Below are positions 50,001 through 62,506 of a DNA stretch of 64,000 bases, in pieces; position 1 is the first letter of the stretch; the number at the start of each line of letters is the position of its first letter. Under the pieces are notes generated by a model. The model ran no database searches and was not told where the DNA came from. It saw only the letters and a program-made list of their open reading frames with translations. This stretch comes from Anthoceros angustus (taxonomy: Eukaryota > Plantae > Anthocerotophyta): contig MU008188.1 of the NCBI GenBank assembly GCA_010909165.1, positions 723,766 to 787,765 on the forward strand, given 5' to 3'. The position numbers were made by a program, and so were the translations under genes.

Positions 50001-52030
50001 ATGACCAAGCCTACCATGACCAAGGGCAAGGAGGTAGTAGCTAAGGAAGGAGCGTCCACCAAGGAGGTGGCGCGAGGCAAGAGGTCTAAGGCGGAGGATC
50101 AGACCCGAGGGTGGAAATTTGACATGCCCTTATTTACGTGCTATGCAGGCCAGCTATCCTCTAGAGACCTTTCAGACTTTCGACCTTGGGCAGCGAGGAG
50201 AATATATAGAGTGGTGTATGGGCGACATTGGTCTTACACCAACCTTGAATTGATAGAGGAGTGTTTTGCTAATTTACGTGACGGAAGAGGAATTGGCTGC
50301 CGGATAGAAACGCACGGACGGATCCACGGTGTTGGATGAGGAGCATACGCTGTATATGGCAGCCGGATAGCGAGGATAGCGGAATCACGTTGATGGAAGG
50401 AACGAGGAGGCAAGCGTGCATCAACGGCGGATCTTCCCAAGGGAGCCCTTACACTTATGCAAGGGCATGAAGGCTAAGTCCAAGAACGGTTCGGACCAAA
50501 TCTTGGAGCCCAAGTGGAGATTGTTCACAAGAATTGTTTTGGGCTTGGTGAGCAATCCAAGGGTGTCATATTTCAGCACTACCTTCCTCCATTTTCTATG
50601 GAAGATCACTCAAGGAGCGGCCGGATTGGGGCTCATCATGTATGAAGCATACACCTACCACCGGAAAAGTTGCGAAACCCAACGCGTCGGATGAAGGATC
50701 AAGGCCATGCTATCTTAGCACTTATCTAGTGCATTTGTGGGAAGTAGAGGGCTACTCACAAGTAAGGAGTTGGATGATTCCAAGCATCCCTTTAACATTG
50801 TGTACTTACCGAGAGGGAGTGCTTGGTGCTGGGCTAAAGGAGGTGCCGGACATTATTGCCGGAAGGAATCCTCCAAAGATAGGCCGAGGATGCAGGAGGA
50901 CTTGCAAGGAGAAGTTGTAGGGGATTTGAAGTTTGGACCGCGGAGGATGCGGAGATGGAAGGTAGGATAGATCCTACCATGGCGGGAATCCGCTGCGAGG
51001 GTGGGAGGTGTTCCCAGTGGTTTTGGGACCCCTTCGTCCTCTCATGACAAGGCCTCAGTGGTGAATTAGTCCTACCACGGTAGGAAGTAGTCCTTGGAGC
51101 ACCTCCTACCACGGTAGGAGGGAAAAGGAAGTCACGGTTTGGAAGCTCCCAAGGGAGATAAGAAGGCAACCGGCCCTGCTAGGTGGGCGAGCGGATGGAG
51201 TCACGGTGGGAGGAGTTGCCCCAAGTGATGAGCGGGAGCTCATCATAGGGAAGCAAGGGATGTAAGATCCCATGAGCAAGGCAAAGGCCTTGAGTCTCCG
51301 GAGGTAAGAAAGGAGACTTAGACATGTTGGAGGAGATGCTGCGATAGGGGAGATGTTCAGCAAGGTAGACATAGGAGCCGCCAAGAGGAGAGTTGAATTC
51401 TTGAAGGAGGCGGAGAAGACAAGGACCTACCAAGCAAGGGAAATTGCGGGTAGGCGGCGAAACCCAGTGGCGGGAGGATGTTATGAGGATGGAAGCTCAA
51501 GTGGAGCACTTGGAAAGAGTCTTGAGGCAAGGCCGAAACAAACCATCATATTCGGAGAACAAGGCTCTTACCAAGCAATTGGCAGCTCGAGAGGAGAAGG
51601 TGGAGCAACTTGCTCACATGGTGCGCATGGGAAAAGAAGGCGGAAGACAAGCAAGTGCTGCTAATGGAGGAAAGGTCAAGACGAGAGCAATCTCTGCAGA
51701 AATGAGGGGCAGACAAAGGCAAGTAGGCGCACATGAGCGGGTCATAGCCACACAGTGAAGATTAGTGACATGGAAAAGGAGCTGGGAGAAATCCACGAGG
51801 CTGGAATTGAAGGAAGAAGAGCTGGAAGAACGGACACATTTTGTCCAAAGATTGGAAATGGAACGAGAAGTCCAACGGAGAATGCACAACTCCCTAGGAG
51901 GATAGGGGAGTTGGAGGAAGAAATGGCAAAGGAGAAAGGCCATGAGGCGGTGCAAGATATGTTGGCGGTGAGGGAGCGAGATTTGGGATTATGCCCTACA
52001 AGAGAGATTGATCCGCCAACCGCAAAATGA
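50001..52030 (+). pseudogene. LTR-borne accessory ORF, 5' copy (plant mobile-domain-like plus coiled coil), frameshifted
   Basis: MTKPTMTKGKEVV..KSKN..QILEPKWRLFTRIVLGLVSNPRVSYF..PDWGLIMYEAY..LSTYLVHLW; heptad-rich MEAQVEHLE..KQLAAREEKVEQL. Confidence 0.7.
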
Positions 52031-53853
52031 GAGGACGGAGAATGTGGCTCTCCATGTCAAGACCGTGAGCTGGCCTTGAGCGAGATGCTTACAAAAGCAA
52101 GTGTGAGCATGGAGTATGGCTTGAGGATTAAGAATTGGAGATGGCACAACAACGATTTGCAGCCCATCTTCACAACAAGGTGCTCAAGGCCACTAACGAG
52201 TTGTTGCGACTTCTGAGAGGAGGATGTTGGGACCTCATGACGATGATAGGGAGGCCCTCATGCAAGTCCAACCGGAAGCCTTAGACTTGGAGAGTGTCCC
52301 AAGCAGGGGTGAAGAAACTTGCACTGTGGAGAAGCAGTGAAGCGGGAAGCACGTGGAGAGAATCACCCAGAAGGGGTAAGGAAGAAGAGTAGGAACTCCT
52401 ACCGTGGTAGGAGGAGTTCCTACCGTGGTAGGAGAAACTCCTACCGTGGTAGGAGGTGTCCTACCACCGTGGGAGGGCCATGGAAGAAGCAGGTGCTAGC
52501 ATGGATTTGCTAGCAAGGGAGGCGAGTACCTTGGCCCTTGCAGAAAGAAGGAAGAGGGGTTGATCTTGCAGAATGGAGCAAGAATCACAAGGAGAAGACC
52601 AACCTCCTAACATGGGTGCAGGAGCAAGGAGCTCACTTGCTCCACAAGTGAGAGGAAGAGGAGAAGGCGAGGATGAGGGCTAAGAGAGCCCGGCTATTTT
52701 ATTGGAGGAAGGAACTCAAGATAGGCATCAAGATAAGGAAGGGATTCATAAGAAGTCCTTAAATTAGCTTGAAGACATGGGGCAAGATGCCACTTGGGAA
52801 GACTTTTCTTTAGAGGAGGAGTATTAATGCTTGTCACCCAGAGAGTGTGTTGACTAGCTAGATAGGAATGTTGGAGAGCCATTAAGGCTCACATAGGTGA
52901 ATTTGCTAGAATAGAATTTTACCCAAGATGCTTGGATGTCGAACTTAAAATCGACAATAGGATACACTAAAATAAGGAGTGAGGCGGTGTGGGGAGGCGC
53001 CGGGAGGCTATGTGAGGACCTCCCTATAAAAGGAGCTTGTGAAGTAAAATTATCGTGTCTTGCGCTCCCATCCTCCCGAGTCCTTCACTTTGTGCAGAAT
53101 TTCGTGCCGCAAGCCAACGCAGTCTGGTAGAGAGGAGAACGCGCGGTCGGAGTCGTGGAGGCTTGCTCTTTGCAGCGCCCGCCTCCTTGTGAATGGTTGT
53201 GTGAATTGTTTTGCTTTGAGTGTGGCGATGCTCAAGGAACTCTCGGCTTGAGGGTAGACTGGGAAGACTCCAAGGTTCTCTCGTGCAAACCACATATAGC
53301 CCAAGGAAGAACTCGTTAATTCCTGACGGACCCAGTGTCCGTAAGGGCGAGTTGGAATTAATGAGCCAATTGGTGTTAGAGTAGGAGATTGTGGAGGAAG
53401 GAAGGGTAGATGAGTAGAGAAGAAGAGGGCGTTGTTGATTGAGAGAGTTGTGAGGAGGATTAGAGTGTAGGAAAACTAAGGCCAGGGAGCCTAAGGGACG
53501 AATCCCAACTGTAAGAGGGCGCTCCCGTGGAGAAGAGTGTCTTAGGAGTAGGGACGGTTGCGGTGTGGGTCGGGGTCCCCGGCGCCCGTGATAGACACCT
53601 CTTAAGACGTAACACCGCAATTGTGTGGTGTCGTAGGTTGAGGTTTGGTGAGTTTACGACGGGCGTGGCTGCTGTAGAGGAGCGTGAGAGGGCGCCTTGC
53701 TTGTTTAGAAGGCTGAGGTGTGTAGCTGCGGTAGTGTGGATTCTCAAGATTCGATCCCCAAGTCTCATGGGACGAAACCCAACGTCTGAAACGTGGGATA
53801 AGTGTGGCCGCTAGAGGGGAATCTCAGTGCCCCGGGTTTTCCTCCCACATTTT

Positions 53854-53867
53854 TGGCGCCGTTGGGA
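53854..53867 (+). promoter_or_regulatory. Primer-binding site TGGCGCCGTTGGGA
   Basis: LTR-CA, T-run, TGGCGCCGT: the Athila/Tat arrangement. Confidence 0.8.
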
Positions 53868-54899
53868 CTTGTGGGTGACAATTGAAATTTTGAGATTTTC
53901 GTTGCTAGCTTGCGTGAGTGAGAAGATCTTGTAAGGAGGTGGAGCGGGGTCTAGGAAGAAGCCTACACGTCCTGGAACCTGCGTTGTGAAGGAGGAGCTC
54001 CACGCCTCCCGAATGGTGTGATTTTTGTGTTCGCAGCAAGAATGGCGCATGGCGGTTGGCTGATTTTTCTTTAACAACCGTGTTTTGGAGGCTATGAGGA
54101 TGCTTGCAGATGTCTAGCAGAGGGAGGGGAGAGGAGAAACCATAGGAGGTCACCCCACATCGCAAGAGATCTAAGAGCTGCAAGAAGAAATCAATGGAGG
54201 GAGGAAAACGCGGTGGTTGCACCGGCTCCAGGAGGAGGAAGAGCTAAGGGCTTGAGGAGGAGGCCGTTTTGCCCTTGCCTACAAGGGGAGCCAAGTGATC
54301 CAGCAGAAACGCTTCGAGAAGGGGACGTCAAATCACCGGCAAACAAAGGAGGTGGTTGAAGAGGAGTTGGTATGTGAAGAGGAAAGCGAGGAGGAAGCAC
54401 CTTTGGAGCACGATTCAAGTTCAGCTACCAGCACCGGGCCTCTCTCAGCTGGACCTTCGTGAGAGTGGATCTAGCTCAACTCAGCGAATGAAGTGAAGAA
54501 GGTGGTGAGCAGGAGAATTTCAGCGTGGTCAAGATCTTGGAGCTTGATAGAATCACCCTCAGCTCACATCTTGGGACGCACACCTAGGGGACACCATCCC
54601 ACAACCCCCAATCTTTTGCAGACACCCTTCTGCAGAGAACTTTGGTTGGAGAATTTACTGCAGGAGAGGAAGGGAGTGAGTTCTAGCTCATCCGGACCAA
54701 GCAACATGAGTGGAGCAGGAGGGGATTTGCTTTTTGGATAGTTGTGTGTTGAGGGGTGTGAGCGTGCGTAAGTCTAGTCGGGAGGGAGGAAGTAATTTTC
54801 GTGTAGGAGTTGAGAGGAGATCACCCCGCCTTTGTCTGCAAGGGATTTGTGAACTGAATGGAGAAATCATGTGTGAAGAAAGCTTTTTCTGCAAATGTA

Positions 54900-56680
54900 G
54901 GAAGAAGCGGAGGAGAGCTCTTGAGGAAGCTACATGTGCTAACATCTTCAAGGGTTCCGTTGAGGAAGAAGAGGTAGTTGTCTAAGAGCAAGAGGAGGTT
55001 GTGCTCACCAGCGAGAGGAAGGAGGTTGTTGCCGAGGAGTTGCTGATCAAGGGTGAGGGTCAAGAATCCGAGCCGGTTAATAATTTCAAGGTACATCTTC
55101 CGTTCAAGAGGAGGATTTTTTCTGGATTGTTGAGCTCTTCTAGCTCGAGTTGGTCGTCGTCAAGAGGAGGAAGGCAAGAGGGTGAGATTTGGCGGTGGAG
55201 AAGTTGGTCGAGATCTAATGGCGAGCAAGGTCTTGATCGAATTACCGCCCATCTTGCTGCCCTTTCAACCTTGCTTGTTAAGAGGACTAGGCGTGTGCCC
55301 AAGTCTGTATAGTACATCCGCTTGCATGCATTTGTTCGCCGGACAGAATTCTGGGAGGTGTGCCCAGTTTTGTGGACGCCTCAACCATGAGTGGAGGAAG
55401 TGGAGGTGGTGGAAGTCGGTCACCACCCCGCCAACAATATGAGATTTGGGAGAAGAAACGAGGTGAAGATGTTGAGGCTTTTGTGCAAACTTTGAACATG
55501 TGACTCATGCGAATTTGGAAGCCTCATGTGGATTGTCTCCAAAATTTTCCTAGAGTACTTGAGGTCATGGCAGGGTATAGTCACACGTATGGGTGCATCA
55601 TTGGATTGGGATGATTTGAGAGCATCTTTGAACCGGTTTTGTGGCTTAAGCTATGCACATCACACGTTGGTCCGTTGAGGACTCACGAAGGAAGAGGAGG
55701 GAGTCTTGTATGATTACATAGAGGAGAGAGTACCACCACGGCCACCCAAGGATGTAGCTCGCAAAAGCAAGGCCTATGGTATGACCTTTCTTGATAAAAG
55801 TTGGGAAACAGGTAGGAAGGAGTTAGAGGGAACACATGTAGATCCATGTGCCATTAGAGCTAGAATGTGGTAAGGTGGTGAAGATTTCTAAGTGTAGAGG
55901 AGATGGTAGAGTTTAAGAAGGTGCAGGAAGAGCATGAGAATGCAGTTTCATTTTTTGGAGAGCGACTTGAGGCCACATGAATGGATTTTCGACGAGTTGG
56001 TTGCCACTGGTTGAAGGGGAGGACGTGAGCATGTTAGACGGCCTAAGGATTGATCAGCAAGCCTTGCTGCCAGAGAGGTCAAATGAGCAAGAAGGGAGCG
56101 TTGTGCAGGAAGGCGCGCAGGACAACTGGAAACCGAGAGGATAAAAGGGCGCCAGTATGGGCGCGAGGAGGAGGCTGGAATGCTCCTCAAGGGTGAGCAG
56201 TCAGGAGGCTGCAAGTGGAGGCCAGCCGTTGGCAAAGAAAGAAGCACGGATGGAGCGTCGGTCAAGCAGAAAAGGCGCCCCACTTGGCGAGGTCAAGCCA
56301 GGCGCCATGGGGCCGGAGGAGAGGCCCTAGGGAGGTAGGTGCGCCAGAGGGCGAGGAAGGAGATGCATCCCATGAGAAGCTTGAGCAAAACAGGAGAAGA
56401 AAATGGCGCATTCATGGGAAATCACTCATGAGGTGGCCATGGGGGAAACAGGCGAGGAGGTCGCCATGGGAGCACGAGCTGGACCTGGACACGAGGCTAG
56501 ACCAGCAGGAATGGAAGAAATCCGAACGTTGTTGGAGGAGGAGCATGCAACGGGCAGCTCAAAAACTTGCAAATGGACAAAGCGGGAGAAACTGGATTTG
56601 TGGATGGAACAACGCCTCGGGCTGCTGGTGGGCGAGCTAGCAGGAGGCGACGTGGTATGCGTGGAAGGAGGAGATTAGAA
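54900..56680 (+). pseudogene. gag: gypsy gag remnant
   Basis: GEDVEAFVQTFEHV...DWDDLRASF..F capsid-like region at 55450-55650. Confidence 0.6.
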
Positions 56681-56699
56681 CGTGAAGGACTCCATGTCC

Positions 56700-57380
56700 A
56701 TGTTATTGAATGGTGAGGTATGAAATTTCTTGGAGCACGGAATCATGTTGGATAGTTTGTCTAGGGAAGGGCGTGCTGTCTTTCTCCCTAGAGCTGTGCC
56801 TTATTGTCTAAGAGATGGGGTCTTATACAAGCTTGGTTTGGATGAGAAGATCCGACGTTGTTTGAAGGAAGGAAGCTTCTCTTCGAAGCTTTGCATGCGT
56901 AAGAGGTTGGAGGCCATTATTCTGTAAATCACGGTGAAGAAGATCTTAGATGCAGCATTATGGGCTTACAGACAGGAGAAGGTGACAACCAAGAAGACCT
57001 CTTATTACTTAACATGGCATGTCTCCGATGCCTGAATTTGAAGTACCTACCTATAGAATCATGGAGGATGAGCATGGAGAGGATAGTCGGTGCTAGACTA
57101 GAGTCTTTCATAGAGCAGAGGAACGTAGGGAAGATGCTTTAGAAGAAACTCAGTTGAGCTTAGAAAGGATAGGCATGATGGGAAGTTGAGGAAGCAAGAA
57201 GCTATCATGGCGGGATTTGGTTCTTCTATATGATAGCCGTTATATGGACTTCCGAAGCTTAGGTTGAGATGGATGGGACCTTGAGGTGGTGGCGTGTATG
57301 AGAATGGATCCTGCAACTCGTGTCGGATGGGGATTTCTGCCAACTAGAGTGAATGGGTGGAAGGTTAAGAAGTACCTTCC
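56700..57380 (+). pseudogene. pol: gypsy integrase remnant lacking the catalytic core
   Basis: YCLRDGVLYKLGLDEKIRRCL..GGH..TVKKIL fused directly to DAALWAYRT; then LVLLYDSR..RWMGP..RVNGWKVKKY. Confidence 0.8.
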
Positions 57381-57414
57381 GAGAATTATCTGTTGTTTCG
57401 AGGACGCAAACAGT

Positions 57415-57425
57415 GAGGAGGGGAG
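57415..57425 (+). promoter_or_regulatory. Polypurine tract GAGGAGGGGAG
   Basis: Two bases upstream of TGTGGAGC, the 3' LTR start. Confidence 0.8.
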
Positions 57426-57427
57426 TA

Positions 57428-60400
57428 TGTGGAGCAAAAGTTTGGGCAACAAGCTTAAATGAGTTCGCTTTGAACAGCCCACACTCTTTGCTAGAAATGG
57501 TTTGGTGAAGACATGCAAGGAAATTTTTTCCTTTTGAGCGGGAGTTAGGACCATGTAAGGCAAAGGATATGCAGGAAAAGAACGGGTCAAAACGACCTCG
57601 GTGAGGAGAAAAGGTAACCTACATGAGTGGTAGGAGGTGTCCTACCACCGTGGGAGAAACTCCTACCATGGTGACGAGGGTAGGAGAGATCCTACCACCG
57701 TGGGAGAATGACCCCAGTGTTTTGATCACCTACCTGGAAGCTCCTACCATGGTAGGAGAGGGTAGGAAGGTATCCTCACCGTGGGAGACTCCTACCGTGG
57801 TAGGAGAGGAAAACGCCTACCATGGTAGAGGATGTCCTACGGTGGGAGATGGGTTCTAAGGAAGGTAGCTTATGTTTTAGGCGGGATAGGCTTGCTATAT
57901 ATAGAGTCTTTTAGTGGACTAGATAAATAGGCCAAAATAGGTAATTAAGAAATTAGAGGCTAATTTTCAATAATTAGAAATTAGAAAATAGGGAAAAGTA
58001 TTTTAGTATAAGGAAATTAGGAAACTAACATCAATGGTGAGAAAGGGCCACGTGGCACACATCCAAGGGCAGGATAGAATGGTAGTTACTTTTCTAACCC
58101 TTGGGTGACTTATAAAAGTGGTCGCAGAGGAGACAACTCGACTTGAGGCGGCCTCACACAGAAGGCGCCACACCTCAAGCTGCCCAAGGCCCCATACAGC
58201 ACCCGTGCCTGTGTTGAGGAGGAGAAGGAGGGCGCAAGCTCGGCAAGGAGGCGGCAGCGCCCAAGAGAGGAAGGAGGAAGAGAAGAAGAGAAGGAGAAGA
58301 AGGTTGGGGCGCAACCCAACACTTGCCAAGCTCGTGAGGGTGCCTAGGAGGGTGGAGCGTGGCAAGATTGCTAGGAAACCGTGCAGAAGGGCTCCTAAAT
58401 TCGTGGCAGTGTAAGAGTCCTGGGGAATTTTGTGAGCTTTCTCTTGAAATCGGGTTTGGGGCCAAGGTGTAAGGGCTGGAGGAGAGCAAGGCAAGGACCT
58501 TTGAGCTGTGAGCAAGAGCAAATCACGAGGAGGAGAAACGTTTGCAAGGATAGAAGGTGGCAGCTGCAGAATTGCGGGAGAGGCATCACTTTTCTTCAAT
58601 TTCGTGCAAGTACTAACCAAGGAGGCCATGACCAAGCCTACCATGACCAAGGGCAAGGAGGTAGTAGCCAAGGAAGGAGCGTCCACCAAGGAGGTGGCGC
58701 GAGGCAAGAGGTCTAAGGCGGAGGATCGGACCCCGGAGGGTGGAAATTTGACATGCCCTTGTTCGTACTATGCAGGCCAGCTATCCTCTAGAGACCTTTG
58801 ACTTTCGACCTTGGGCAGAGAGAAAATAGAGTGGGTGTATGGGCGACATTGGTCTTACACCAACCTTGAATTGATAGAGAGTGTTTTGCTAATTTGCAGC
58901 ACGGAAGAGGAATTGGCCGCCGGATAGAAAGCACGGACGGATCCACGGTGTTGGGAGAGCATACGCCCGGTATATGGCGGCGGATAGCGAGGATAGCGGA
59001 ATCACGTTGATGGAAGGAACGGAGGCAAGCGTGCATCAACGCGGATCTTCCCAAGGAGCCCTTACACTTATGCAAGGGGCATGAAGGCTAAGTCTAAGAA
59101 CGGTTGGCGACGGACCAAATCTTGGAGCCCAAGTGGAGATTGTTCACAAGAATTGTTTTGGGCTTGGTGAGCAATCCAAGGGTGTCATATTTCAGCACTA
59201 CCTTCCTCCATTTTCTATGGAAGATCACTCAAGGAGCGAAGCCGGATTGGGGCTCATCATGTATGAAGCATACACCTACCACCGAAAAGTTGCGAAACCA
59301 ACGCGTCGGATGAAGGAGGTCAAGGGCTATCTTAGCACTTATCTAGTGCATTTGTGGGAAGTAGAGGGCTACTCACAAGTAAGGAGTTGGATGATTCCAA
59401 GCATCCCTTTAACATTGTGTACTTACGAGAGGGACAGGAGTGCTTGGTGCTTTGCTAAAGGAGGTGCCGGCAGCACCACGACATTATTCGGAAGGAATCC
59501 TCCAAAGATAGGCCGAGGATGTGCGGGAGGACTTGCAAGGAGAAGTTGTAGGGGATTTGAAGTTTGGACGCGGAGGATGCGGAGATGGAAGGTAGGATAG
59601 ATCCTACCATGGCGAATCCCCGAGGGTGGGAGGTGTTCCCACGTGGTTTGGACCCCTTTCGTCCTCTCATGACAAGGCCTACGGTGGCTTAGTCCTACCA
59701 CGGTGGAAGTAGTCACTAGGAGCACCTCCTACCACGGTAGGAGGGAAAGGAAGTCACGGTTTGGAAGCTCCCAAGCGGAGATAAGAAGGCAACCGGCCCG
59801 TTAGGTGGGCGAGCGGATGGAGTCACGGTGGGAGGAGTTGCCCACCAAGTGATGAGCGGGAGCTCATCATAGGGAAGCAAGGGATGTAAGATCCCATGAG
59901 CAAGGCAAAGGCCTTGAGTCTCCCGGAGGTAAGAAAGGAGACTTGGACATGTTGGAGGAGATGCTGCGCATAGGGAGATGTTCAAGGTAGAAGGAGCCGC
60001 CAAGAGGAGAGTTGAATTCTTGAAGACGGAGGCGGAGAAGACAAGGACCTACCAAGCAAGGGAAATTGCGGTAGGCGCGGAAACCCAACGGGGAGGATGT
60101 TATGAGGATGGAAGCTCAAGTGGAGCACTTGGAAAAGAGTCTTGAAACAAGGCGAGGCAACAAACAATCATATTCGGAGAACAAGGCTCTTACCAAGCAA
60201 TTGGCAGCTCGAGAGGAGAAGGTGGAGCAACTTGCTCACATGGTGCACATGGGAAAAGAAGGCGAAGACAAGCAAGTGCTAATGGAGGAAAGGTCAAGAC
60301 GAGAGCAATCTGCGGCAAATGAGGCAGACAAAGGCAAGTAGGCGCATGAGCGGGTCATAGCCACAGTGTGAAGATTAGTGACATGGAAAAGGAGCTGGGA

Positions 60401-62506
60401 GAAATCCGAGGCTGGAATTGAAGGAAGAAGAGCTGGAAGAACGGACACATTTTGTCCAAAGATTGGAAATGGAACGAGAAGTCCAAAGCGAGAATGCACA
60501 ACTCCCTAGGAGGATAGGGGAGTTGGAGGAAGAAATGGCAAAGGAGAAAGGCCGTCATGAGGCGGTGGTCATATGTTGGCGGTGAGGGAGCAGATTTGGC
60601 TGATTATGCCCTACAAGAGAGATTGATCCGCAATGAGAGGAGAATGTGGCTCTCCATGTCAAGACCGGTGAGCTGGCCTTGGGCGAGATGCTTACAAAAG
60701 CAAGTGTGAGCATGGAGTATGGCTTGAGGATTACGAAGAATTGGAGATGGCACAACAACGATTTGCAGCCCATCTTCACAACAAGGTGCTCAAGGCCACT
60801 AACGAGTTGTTGCGACTTGAGAGGAGGATGTTGGGACCTCATGACGATGATAGGGAGGCCCTCATGCAAGTCCAACCGGAAGCCTTAGACTTGGAGAGTG
60901 TCCCAAGCAAGGTGAAGAAACTTGCACTGTGGAGAAGCGAGTGGGCGGGAAGCTGCACAGTGGGAGAATCACCCGGAAGGGTAAGAAGAAGAAAACTCCT
61001 ACCTGGTAGGAGGAGTTCACCGTGGTAGGAGGAGTTCCTACCGTGGTAGGAGGAGTCCTACCGTGGTAGGGAGGTCCTACCATGGTAGGAGGGCGGAAGA
61101 AGCGGATTCAAGGCTAGCATGGATTTGACAAGGAGGCGAGTACCTTGGCCCTTGCAGAAAGAAGGAAGAGGGGTTGATCTTGCGAATGGAGCAAGAATCA
61201 CAAGGAGAAGACCAACCTCCTAACATGGGTGCAGGGGAGGGGCTCACTTGCTCCACAAGTGAGAGGAAGAGGAGAAGGCGAGGATGAGCCCTGGCTAAGA
61301 GAGCCCGGCTATTTTATTGGAGGAAGGAACTCAAGATAGGCATCAAGATAAGGAAGGGATTCATAAGAAGTCCTTAAATTAGCTTGAAGACATGGGGCAA
61401 GATGCCACTTGGGAAGACTTTTCTTTAGAGGAGGGCATTAATGCTTGTCACCCGAGAGTGTGTTGACTAGCTAGATAGGAATGTTGACAGAGCCATTAAG
61501 GCTCACATAGGTGAATTTGCTAGAATAGAATTTTACCCAAGATGCTTGGATGTCGAACTTAAAATCGTAGGATACACTAAAATAAGGTAAGGCGGTGAGG
61601 GGCGCGCCAGGAGGCTGTATGTGAGGACCTCCCTATAAAAGGAGGGAGCTTGTGAAGTAAAATTATCGTGTCTTGCGCTCCCATCCTCCCGAGTCCTTCA
61701 CTTTGCAGAATTTCGTGCGCCGCAAGCCAACGCAGTGTCTAGAGAGGAGAACGCGCGGTCGGAGTCGGGTGGAGGGCTTGCTCTTTGCAGCGCCCACCGC
61801 CTCCCTTGTGAATGGTTCTTGTCATTGTTTTGCTTTGAGTGTGTGGCGATGCTCAAGGAACTCTCGGCTTGAGGGTAGACTGGGAAGACTCCTGGAGGTT
61901 CTCGCTGTCGTGCAAACCACATAGCCGGCCCAAGGAAGAACTCGTTAATTTCCGGACGGACCCAGCATTGTGCGTGGCGAGTTGGAATTAATGAGCCAAG
62001 AATTGGTGTTAGAGTAGGAGATTGTGGAGGAAGGAAGGGTAGATGAGTAGAGAAGAAGAGGGCGTTGTTGATTGAGAGAGTTGAGGAGGATTAGAGTGTA
62101 GGAAAACTAAGGCTGTGTGCAGCCTAAGGGACGAATCCCAACTGCAAGTAAGAGGGCTCCCTCGTGTGGAGAAGAGTGTCTTAGGAGTAGGGACGGTTGT
62201 GTGTGGGTCGGGGTCCCCTGGCGCCGTGATAGACACCTGCCGTTAAGACGAACTGCAATTGTGTGGTGTCGCTGTAGGTTGAGGTTTGGTGAGTTTACTA
62301 CAAGACGGGCGCGAGGCTGAGAGGGAGCGTGAGAGGGCGCCTTGCTTGTTTAGAAGGCCGAGGTAGTGTGTAGTCAGCAGTAGTGACGGATTTCTCAAGA
62401 TCGACTGCCTCAAGTCTCATGGGACGAAACCCAACGCACGAAACGGCTGGGATAAGTGTGGCCGCTTAGAGGGTGCATCTCGGGAGCTCCTGGATCTGCC
62501 TCCACA
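57428..62506 (+). repeat. 3' LTR (5079 bp)
   Basis: Colinear with the 5' LTR; TATA at 61634; ends CTCCACA. Confidence 0.88.
58628..60650 (+). pseudogene. LTR-borne accessory ORF, 3' copy
   Basis: Same translation as 50001-52030 with different indels. Confidence 0.7.

Larger units (their letters stand above)
48756..53849 (+). repeat. 5' LTR (5094 bp)
   Basis: Colinear with 57428-62506; TATA at 53025; ends CCCACA. Confidence 0.88.
48756..62506 (+). mobile_element. Non-autonomous Ty3/gypsy (Athila/Tat-like) element, 13751 bp, with ~5.1-kb gene-bearing LTRs (family C)
   Basis: Direct repeats 48756-53849 and 57428-62506 (TG...CA); PBS after a T-run; PPT. Right TSD TGCCC, left reads TGC. The insertion splits the copia protease motif GA|TSHI. 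Confidence 0.88.
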
